Shown here one piece after another: positions 1 through 9,808 of a DNA stretch of 64,000 nt. Position numbers and translations under genes: made by a program. Source of the DNA: Klebsormidium nitens (Eukaryota > Plantae > Klebsormidiophyceae); the NCBI GenBank assembly GCA_000708835.1, contig DF236965.1, positions 310,001 to 374,000 on the forward strand. The letters run 5' to 3'. Numbering within the stretch: position 1 is the first letter of the stretch; each line of letters starts with the position of its first letter. Under the pieces are notes generated by a model that ran no database searches, was not told the origin of the DNA, and was given only the letters and a program-made list of their open reading frames with translations.

Positions 1-59
1 CGCTATGTTTTCGGGAACAGTTCGACGGGTCTGCGCAGAGAACACCTTTTCATTCATGC

Positions 60-1817
60 AGGTGCAACGAGGATCCACCACCGTGATTCAAATCAGTTCG
101 GCGACTGACCCTCGTCGATAATTTCATCCTCTGGAATCATTCTCTTCAAACCAATCTGTACGGCATTTGCAGCGCCATTGAACTTCTTTTCCATCCTGCA
201 GGGCACCGGTGAAGACGTGATGAGACGCGAGGCGGAGGCACTTGGGCAGACCGGGAAGAAGGAGAAAGGGGAAGACCAGTCCTTTGGTCTTTCTGACGAC
301 GATCAAAAGGCAGCAAGGGAAAGGGGATACGACAAGCCACAGATGTCCCGAGGCCAAAGTGAAAGTGGGGGCCGAACCAGCGATCTCCGGAAGGGTGTGA
401 GTAGGGGCACAGAGGAGGCGGAGAAGGAAGGCAGTGGGACTGAAGCGTCGATGCGCGAACTGCGGCCGGAAGGGCCGGGGGAGAAACCGGAACTCAAGGA
501 AGCATAATCAGCCGTGAGCAAGTCGTGACGAGCTTGTTGTCGTTTGTTGAAGGTGGCCTCATGGTTTATCCGGCACAAACCTGCGGTATTGTGAAACGTT
601 GTACGTAGAATTAGGAGGAGAAACCGTCCTCACATGTCTAATGGTCATCATAGACGAGAAGTCTGTTGTAGTCTTGCGGAATGAGAACCTTTCTTGCGAT
701 GCATTTTCAGCTGGTCAAGATGTTGAAAAGAGCTGCCTTGGAAGGTCAGTCAAAGTAGTACACGAGCCGTTGAGATGTTTTGACTAGGCAGGTTCTCAAA
801 CTCTTTACTCGTGATAGTCGTCCCCTACCATCTGAGTACAGTACCTGCGGAGCTCGTGTTGTCCCTCTGAGTCACGTCTCGGCAGTCTGTCATTGTGAAT
901 TTCATTTGGAGTCTACCCGTCCGGAAGTTTATCAAGTTTCCTGTTCATCTGATTAAGGCAGTAAGGATAGTGTTTGGTTCCCAAATGTACGTCTAATCTA
1001 TGACGTACCAGATGCACGAGGTCACGCACAGCCGTTGTTGCCAGTGCCGCGACCCTTCTGGTAGTTTCGATCTGGGACTCAGTAAGTGAGTTCAGAATCA
1101 TAAAATCTTGGATTCGTGGTGTGGTTGAAGTGACGGTCGATGAGTGCCCTGGCGAAAGGAACTTGTTGTGTCGAAGGCCCCGCTGACCTTCATTCCCATC
1201 TGATGCGTACGTGAACTTTTGCAATCTCTGTGCGCAGAGCTGGAGCGCCAACGCGATGAAAGTAATCCTTCAGGGGCGTCGATCCTGTTGAATACATGAA
1301 TCCGCTCGTATACATAATTGGGCCTCAGACAGAGTACGTCAGCGGCTACTTCCTGTTATATGCACTGGCATCGACATATGCATCCGAATCTTGCTCGACT
1401 ATTCACGTGACGTGCCAAATTAGCAATCGCACTTATATTACCTAATTGATTAGTTGATTAAGGTGCGCAGCGGTTGCAGCTCGCAACCTTGAGTTAGTGA
1501 GTGATTGAAAGGACTTTAAAAATCAGCTCCACATAAAAAGTTGTTCCTCTAACGATTTTCAGCATAGGTATATTTCCATGCCAGATGAGGCCGAACTTAG
1601 CAGAGCTGCAAACGTTTCTAGCTTCTAAGCCTACTGTCCCGGCCTCAAGAATGAGCTGGGCCTCTCGTAATTGAACAAATCCACGGCATGGTTCGAAATT
1701 TGTGCTAACATTAACGCTTTCAGCTTTGCTGCTACCTATGTACCTCCTATGTATCACTATGCTACTAGCTTGATACTGCAAATTGGGACGATAGGACAAT
1801 GGTTTGATTACTAGCAT
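60..1817 (-). pseudogene. Possible decayed coding relic of unknown identity (TE- or gene-derived)
   Basis: A chain of short minus-strand ORFs (1494-1817, 913-1251, 303-578) with protein-like text continuing across isolated stops, e.g. LVYYFD*PSKAALFNILTS*KCIARKVLIPQDYNRLLVYDDH* at ~600-790. No family motif recognised. Confidence 0.25.
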
Positions 1818-2544
1818 CTACATGCGGTGATTGGTCTCAACTTCAGTGCCCGGGTACTCGGACCTGTGCGCTCAATCCAATGGTCAACGCGATGTCATCT
1901 ACTCATCGAGGTTCATGATCAACACCGTTCCAGCTTTCCACCTTGATTGACCATGATTCAGCCAATTGCCGACAGCAAACACTCAACAGCAAACACTTGT
2001 TGGCCATTATCGGCAAGCCTGAACACATAAGAATGTAGTATAACTTGCTTCTAAAATTACCTGCGTACGAGACCGTTGGTGCTCCGAGTCCTTGTTTAAA
2101 ATCCTATCGTATGTTTCCTTTGGGTCTGTATAGGGGCTGGACAGGAGCATCGGGATGTGGACCCAGACACAGGCCGTTTTGTACCGGTATTAAAAACGGT
2201 CGGACGTTGGGTCGGACTTTGTAACAGGTATCACAGGTGGGGTGCCACTCACAGCTAAGAGATACGGGGGAAAAGAAGGGAGAAAAGAGAAGAAAAAGAC
2301 ATCAAAAAGAGAGCGTATAAATGATGGCTTTCATAAGAAATCAGGAATATGATTTGGCCCGCAGATGACCGTTCGATTAAGTCACTACGACCGTCCGATC
2401 TCAAGAAGTCACTAAGTGATGAAAGAAATGACGAATTGCATCAGATTTTAGTTCCAGCGGATCGACACGTGGTCTATTTGTCACGCGGCCTAATCAAACC
2501 AGCCCGAGTTTGTGTTCGTGTCGCTATCTGTGTGGGACCGAACA

Positions 2545-2945
2545 CCACTGCCTGACTGCCCGGCGGGCTAGGTGGGATTTGGATCGATCCTTTTCATGGA
2601 CGAAGCAGTGATTGCCACCAACTTTGGCTGGTGCCGGCATTCTACCGGCCACCCTTCATTTCTGCCGGCTCAGTGTACCTTTTTACCGGCTTCTCCCAAG
2701 CACCCGGATCCATTCACCCGGGTATTTGGGCAGTCTCTCAGCCAATCTCGGCCGGTACCCGGTCGAGGCTCTTGCCGGTTTTCAGCCGGAGCCCAGCCGG
2801 CTGGGTGCCTTCGGCACCGGTTTTAAGACACTCGCTCCAGCCGACTAGGTCCACACATATTACACCGCCGACCGGTTCGTGGCAATCACTGGGGCGAAGG
2901 TCAGTACCAGTAAGAAAACCTTCGCCCGGGCCCCCCGGCCGGAGT
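2545..2945. repeat. CCGG-dense tract, possibly a DNA-transposon subterminal region
   Basis: Many ccgg/gccggc motifs clustered in ~400 bp, including the perfect palindrome cccagccggctggg and the hairpin ggtgcc-ttc-ggcacc near 2800-2820. Confidence 0.35.
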
Positions 2946-3092
2946 CGGAACTTGGAAGGGGATGCTCGTCACGTCGCAAAACTCGGGAATGTGAACGTAC
3001 CTTAGACCTACCTACCTTGCTACGGTAGGTACTAGTAGGTACCCACTTCCTGCTAGAATACCTACCAACCGACCGACCGACCGACTACCGTA

Positions 3093-3273
3093 CCTGTATT
3101 TGATTTCGGCGAAAAATAAATAATTATTAGGCCGGCTGAGATTTTCAGATATTATCTTGGGGCGATAATGGTTCCATAATGGTTATTTTAGCAGGTAACG
3201 TCGAGCCTGCTGAAAGAAATAAAAGTTTCATAATTAACTATATTGCGTCGAAGGTGCCGAAATCAAATACAGG
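3093..3273. mobile_element. Tc1/mariner-type MITE, 181 bp
   Basis: Perfect 18-bp terminal inverted repeats CCTGTATTTGATTTCGGC (3093-3110) and GCCGAAATCAAATACAGG (3256-3273). Both ends are flanked by TA (3091-92, 3274-75), the Tc1/mariner target duplication. AT-rich non-coding interior. Confidence 0.75.
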
Positions 3274-3389
3274 TAGTCAGGCTGCCTCAGTCAGGGACTG
3301 TACCGGTAGTGTTGCACTGTCTGCTGTCTTGCAATGTTGGTACCTGCGGTCGGTACCCATCCAGATTTATCATCCACTCTCAGTCCGCC

Positions 3390-3672
3390 TACTGCTGTTT
3401 GCGTCAAACTTGGCACCGGACCTCGGATCGAAACGCGCGTTCCTCGATCACGAGTCGCGATGTCGGTTCTCGATGTTCCCCAAACTCCCCCCCCGGAAGG
3501 ACTCGGGATGCCAAATCGCTGATTGTCAACAAGTACTTCAGTCGGCCGAACCACACGTAACGTTTTCAGGGGGCACATCTATCAAGGATCGAGGACAGAC
3601 TTCGCGACTCGAGATCGAGAACCGCGCGTTTCGATCCAGATTTGGGTGCCAAGTTTGACGCAAAGAGCAGTA
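3390..3672. repeat. Foldback / long imperfect palindrome
   Basis: tactgctgtttgcgtcaaacttggcacc...cgagtcgcga (3390-3460) is the near-perfect reverse complement of tcgcgactcg...ggtgccaagtttgacgcaaagagcagta (3602-3672). Weaker symmetry continues inward to a central aagtactt. Confidence 0.8.
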
Positions 3673-3714
3673 TGCCTTGATTCCGTCGCACGGGCAATAA
3701 GAGAAGTGTCCATC

Positions 3715-6700
3715 ATTGTCACCAGATGTGGACATCGACATTAAGTAGGTGTTCCAGGCTCCGCCATTCACACTACCGAATCCGGAGCCCGCGATCACAG
3801 CAGCCGTGCCCGGTAGTGCAGGTTGTACCAGCCGGGTAGACTGCACACGACTTCTGATTCCTTGGAGGGACCAGTGCGGGCGGTATCTGGTAGCAGTACT
3901 AGAAGCAGTAGGAGCATAGTGGGAGCGTGGGGTCTGAATCACGGGTCGTGAGGAGTGCACTTGATTCTGGAGGCGTGCCTCCATAATCCATCTCCGAAAA
4001 TGCCGGGCTATGCACATTAACCCATGCACTCGGACTGCTTTTTGTCATACCTATGATAATCTACTTAGACTATGATGGACTGATCCGGATGGACTGCAGC
4101 TAGGGACACTGGTAGTACTGCTCCAGTAGCTGCATGCACCTGGAGCGCAACTTCAAGTCCAAGTACGCACATACAAAAGCCACTGACTCTCACTCACTCC
4201 TCACTCCACCAGCGTTCCAGTATCCACTCCGTTCCAATATCCACTCAGCCAAGGGAGCTCCAGCATTCTCCCCTTCTCCCTCGTGGCGCCAAACATGACG
4301 GCCCCCCGCGCCACGCTCCTCGCTGGAGCGCTCTTTGCGCTCGTCGCGATTGCGTCTGCCACAAACACGTGCTCGTCCGGCCGCTTCTTCGACTCGGGCG
4401 GCGGCAAGTGCCTCTGCGACGGGCAACGCGACGGCGTCCGCGGGAGCTGCAAGTCGGCGCCCGCAAAATCCACCTCCAAGTGCGACGCCAGCAAGGGGTG
4501 GCTCTTCGGCACCTCCAACGTCTGCAAGTGCAAGTCCGGGACGCTCTTCGACGGCAAGGGCACGTGCAAGGCGTGCCCGTCCAAGTCCACGTCACCCAGC
4601 TGCAACCCGCGGCCGACGTGTCCCTCCGGACATAAGGACGGCGGGAGCGGGAAGTGCGTCTGCGACCCCACCATTCCGGCAGAGAAGCGGACGGCGAAGG
4701 ACACGTGCAAGTGCACCTTGGCCCAGGGGACCGGGGGTTGCGGGGACCCGGTAAGCAGGGACACGTGGCAGCTTATTGTGGGTGGAAAGACTGGGTTTGG
4801 CTTTGCCGGATAGGGCTGGATGTTAGGAGGAGAACAAGGCGTGTGTACTGCTTTGCGTCTGGTCTGGTGGGGCGAGTGACTCATCTGAGAGCGGCCTGAA
4901 AACCCTTTTCAGCATAACAGGTCTCTGCTTGCATAAAGAAGAGGCTCCCTTTCTTGAAGCCCTTCCATGCTGAAGTCCAAAGTGCGTAGCTCTTGTGCAT
5001 GAGTTAGCTCTTTGTCTTTTCCGAGTGTCATGGGTGTTTGTGGGCGTTCACGCCTTGATTACATAGCCTGAGCTGGTGTTTTTATTGAAGGACTCGCCAA
5101 ACTCAAGAACTTGCCAAACCTGCTGATTCGTTTAAGGCGTTGCTTTACAATCTTTGGCTTGCCTCGAGAGTTCCAGAGAAACTAGAACCTTCTTCCTTGG
5201 CATTGCCCACGCCCTGAGAACAGAGATACACTTCCATCCTGCCTCTGATGTTGTCTCCTTGCTTTGCAGCACTTCGTTGGAGGCAATGGCGTGAGGTTTG
5301 ACTTCCATGGTAAGCCTTTGGCCCTACCTGCTTTTTCAAAGTAGACATCTGGTCAAGCCTTACATGCCGTCGATTTCAGCATCCTGCTTCATTTTGTGGA
5401 GGCTTCTCATTGACATAAGATTTGTTAGGAGCCCCTCGATGCAACTTTAGTAAGCCGGATCGCCTCTACTTCTGGATCACCTGACCTGGATTCTTCCCAT
5501 TGCTGCGTCTCTAGCTATACACTATAAATGATAGCCCGGTTTAAGATCGTTGTGAGGCCACTTCGATCTTAAACCTATTCAGGTTTTCAGGCTATTTTTT
5601 GGTCTTAAACGTTGTGTCAGACCACTTTGATCCTAAAAGCTTAATTTCTGACATCAAAACGGCCTCAGCAAACGATCTTAAACCGGGTATTTATAGTATA
5701 TCTCTACACTTCTTGCGAAGCTTTATGGAGCTTCTGCAACCAATCGCTGCGCGTCTGTATATTTTTGATGGAGCTTTGTGGAGCTTTATGGAGCTTATGG
5801 AACTTGTGGAGGACACGAAAACTTACAAGTTTTTCTTGCTTCGCCCTTCCACAGGTGTCCCTGAGAAGAACTTCTGCCTCATTTCCGACAAGGCGTTTCA
5901 CCTGAACGCGCACTTCATCGGCCAGAACGGTCTCGAGACCGGCATGGACGGCACGTGGATGGACCAGCTGGGCTTCGTTTTTGTCGCCGGAAACAAGCAG
6001 CACTCCCTCTCGGTCCACCTCGTCTCTGTGAGTTCTGGAGTTTATTCCAAGGAAACGAAAGAGGGAGGAAGAGATTCAGATGAGCGTCGCAATAGCAGTG
6101 ACAAAACTAGTACGGACTTTACACAGCTAGTGACTAAACGGATTGGAAAAGTCGGCTTTCTGCTGCGCAACTTAGTTCAAAGTTGCGCGGCACAGAAGTG
6201 GATGCCCCCTTCTTGGTTTAGTGCAAGCTAAATGAAAGAGAATAGTCATCCGAGTGCGCGCAGCAGAAAACCGGATGCTTCGAAAATCGATCGTTCCCCC
6301 TTCTTAAAGTGGTCTGATTGAGATGTCAGCAAAGGCGTACGTCTAAAATATGGAAGGCTGTTTAGATGGTTGTTTAGATGGTTCAGTTCCCACTTCGTCT
6401 TCCTTCTTAGTTATGGTATCTGAAATTTCCAGAAGCTCAAGCTTTGTCTCCTTTTTTCAGCAGTTAGAAGGACTCCTTTTTGCAGGCAGAAAGCTTCTCA
6501 AACCCAAAACAACTTCGAGCTTTTTGTGTGCCAAGAAATTTCATCTTCTTCTCCTCAAGGAAGTTTCGATTCTGCTCCTGGGATTGATGAACGCAATCCT
6601 GTTGATTTCCCCGGATCGCAAATCTGGTCTGGCTCCCGAAACCAATCAAATTCGAACCTGTGCACGTTTCTTACCCCAGGAGGAGGACTTCGCCAGCAAC

Positions 6701-8195
6701 GTCTCGGACATCTTTCTCGTGGAGTACGACGCGTCTCCCGTCTACGTGAGCCTTCCCGCGAGCGGGAGCAACGTGTGGACGTCCGACGACGGGCTGGTGA
6801 CCATTTCCCGGACGTCCGACACGGCGAAGCTGACGCTGACGCTCGAGGGCCTTTTCCAGACGACGCTCATCGCCAGCGAGCACGAGTTCCCGAACGGCCA
6901 CCACATCGACTTCAATGTTGACGTCATGAACATCACCAGTACGTCATTCTTTTCCTTTGCAACGATGAAACTAAAGGAAACGCTCATGAAGCATCAGCAG
7001 TACGTCAGCCCTTTTCCTGCGACTGACGTTGCGTCCTGAGAGGGGAGCAAATGAAAGGGAGCCCGACAGCCACTGTCGGAAGATGGCCGATGCTTGCAAG
7101 AAAGAGATTCTCTGCAAGCCGTCGTGATACTGGATTTGCAGCGCGGTTTTCTTTGCTCCAGGCAACGTTTTCTCAAACCTTGCGAGTCTCGTGTCTTCCC
7201 TCGGCCAATCACAAACAATCCTCACTCGTCCGTTTCCTTGTACGTTTTTCTTTCCGGTTCCGTTTCCTTGCTAAATTCCGCTTTCCGCGCAGGCTCCGCT
7301 CACGGCGTTCTGGGCCAGACTTTCCAGCCGGAACGCCGTCACGTGGTCGCCGGCAGCAGCGACTTGAAGATGGACCAGACGGACGTCGTCGAGGGCGGCG
7401 ACCACGGTAAGTCTTTCTGACGCCTACGTGTCGCCCCAGCTCGTCCCAATCATCTGGAATATCTGCTCGAGAGGCAAAGATAGGGAGAAATCAGGGCTTA
7501 AAAGGCTTGTAGAACAAAGATGCAGAGAAATGAGAATCTTGGACCGATCTGGCGCATAAAGGTGGATTCTCAGCCCCTCCTTCCTGACGGTCTCTTACTC
7601 TAGGTGGTCAGTTACTCAATCCAAGCCCGCCTGACTGAATGCTTTTGCAACGGAGTAGACCAGGCCAGAAATAGAAGCTTTTTGCTGCAAGCTCTACGCA
7701 GCCGTTCAGTCTTTGGGTGCACTTTCATTGACACTCAGACCTTTTCAATTGTTGACTACAATTGATACTTCCTGAAAGCCTCCTAATTGACTCCGCGTCT
7801 AGTCTCCCGGAAGCGGCTATGTTACTGACGAGCCTTTCCTGTTGCCAACTCCAAGCTGAGCAGCCCAATCTCGGCAAGCTCGGTTATTTGAACACTCGGC
7901 ATTTCCTTGGTGCAGACTACATCTCCTCCGACCTGATGGCCACGGACTGCAAGTTCTCCCGGTTCTCTGCCCCGAGCCTGGCGCCCCTCACCCGTCGCCT
8001 GCTGGGAGGCTCCCGGTTGGAGGAACCGGTCTTCTCCCACTCCCTGCGCTGCTCCAACGACGCCGGCTATCTCAGCTGCATGATCTAGAGTTCACTGCTC
8101 AGCAGATTGAGCGTAGTCGATTCTTGTTCCGATTGACCTTAGTTGACTCTTGGTCAGCCATTCTAGAATTCAGTTGTGTTGATAGGCACGCCGGC
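3715..8195 (+). repeat. Left arm of a gene-sized inverted duplication (partner 28468-32680)
   Basis: Exons, parts of introns, upstream flank (ggaggcgtgcctcc...gccgggcta...cactcggact) and 3' flank (gttgataggcacgccggc) all match the reverse complement of 28468-32680. Confidence 0.88.
4295..8088 (+). CDS. Secreted Cys-rich root-cap-domain / LEA-related protein, copy A (6 exons: 4295-4750, 5270-5309, 5855-6027, 6680-6938, 7293-7406, 7916-8088)
   Basis: Signal peptide MTAPRATLLAGALFALVAIASA and a Cys-rich N-terminus. Spliced motifs GGCGDP|HFVGGNGVRFDFHG|VPEKNFCLISDKAFHLNAHFIG...TWMDQLG, HGVLGQTFQP and YISSDLMATDCKFSRF match the plant root-cap (PF06830-type) family pattern. All introns GT-AG. Confidence 0.88.
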
Positions 8196-9303
8196 GCTAC
8201 GTGAACTTATTCAGCGATAATCCTCATTCATGAGTACTTCTCGCTCCGTAGTAATCCCTATTCAGTAGTGGTTTTCATTCAGTACATTGAGAAAGTAGAG
8301 CAACAGCGTCACGCCTGAGTACCGCACTTAGAGCTGCTCTGCCGTACTGCAGACACGAGCTTCACTTTCAACAGCTAGAGACTAATTTGCAACGTAGTGT
8401 CAAGCTGATTCTTGAGACGTCATGTGGCGCTCCCTCAAATGAATGTAGGTATTTAGTCTAACACTTAGAAGCCGTGTCGGCGAGCTGCATTGGAAGAACT
8501 CTAACATTAGATACGCTGCACACTCTCTCCCCCCTTAATAAACCGCCCAGCAGGTCGATTTTTGGATAGACCGCAATGTCGGGTGATGGCTTATGAATTG
8601 TTTCAGACGGGATTTTTTGGAAGTTTCGGCGACATGTAAGCATATTCAGCCAAATTAGTGTCCATCAGCTTCCAATCATTGAATGTGTGAACAGAATGAT
8701 TTACCGCCTTATCGACACTGGGAGGCGCAGTACTCGTTGAGAGAGGTGCGCACGTCGAGTTAGCAATTCTTACAGACAGCTTTACGCAGCTCGATTGGAC
8801 GCATGTTAACCCACCGTTAACCTTGACAAATTAAACCCGGCTTGATTTGCAGCATGCATGTATAAAGCTCCCGAATCTGCAACAAGGTACTTCAAAATTC
8901 AAAAAGGTTGTCGCTTGTAGGCGCACACCAGCTGCAGTCGACTTGCAAATCATGCACGCGTTTTGTACGCGCAAACAGGCCGCCCATGATTTACTAGCAC
9001 CTTTGCACGCTTTGCGCACATCTCCTCTGCACGAGCTGCATTTACTACAATGCGATCAATCCCAAGTTTAAGCAATCGCGTCTGTACTCGTAGCCTGACC
9101 TAAATGGCATATCTAGTGCACATCTGATCAACATACCGGTTGTGGGCGGGCAGCAGCTCGGCTCTCGGGCACTGCAGATGGCCCCATATGTGGAGATGGT
9201 GGCCCCATACTAAGTTTTGTTTTTTTTGGTTATAATCATCTGGCACGTGCAGCTCATCAGATGGAGTCTGCAGACTAGCATACGCCTCAAAGGCTGAATT
9301 GAT

Positions 9304-9336
9304 CTAAAACCCTAAAACCCTAAAACCCTAAAACCC
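9304..9336. repeat. Interstitial telomere-type repeat (CTAAAACC)4, i.e. (TTTTAGGG)n
   Basis: ctaaaaccctaaaaccctaaaaccctaaaaccc. TTTTAGGG is the telomere motif reported for Klebsormidium and Chlamydomonas. Confidence 0.85.
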
Positions 9337-9808
9337 GTACTAAGTGCCTAGTGCTTTATTTGAGTATTCCGTACGGTCATGCATAAGGCGGCTGCACTGA
9401 TCAAACAATGTATCATGCAACACAGATCGTGGTTGACCAATCCCAACGTAGAGATCACATGAACGCTGTAGAACATGCAATATCCAACTACACTAAAGTC
9501 AACGCCCAACCGTACTATAGGTAAGCCTTCAGTCGATGCATCCCTGAAATCCCGACGCGGCCGTCAATGCACCATGCGCGGCAGCGACAAGAAAAAGAAA
9601 ACCATCACTGAGTCACGTTGAGCTTGCTTAAGCTTCCTGGGACTGCGTTGCCCGCTTTGTACCAGCATCTAGCAAAACTGAGAAGACGCATGTACAATCG
9701 TTTCTAGGTAACCCAGTTTTTCACGTACAACCTCCTTGTACATCCGACCAGGTTTACGCCAAGGTTCCTTCGTTCCTAGAGTTCATCCGTACTCAATCAC
9801 AAGCACAG

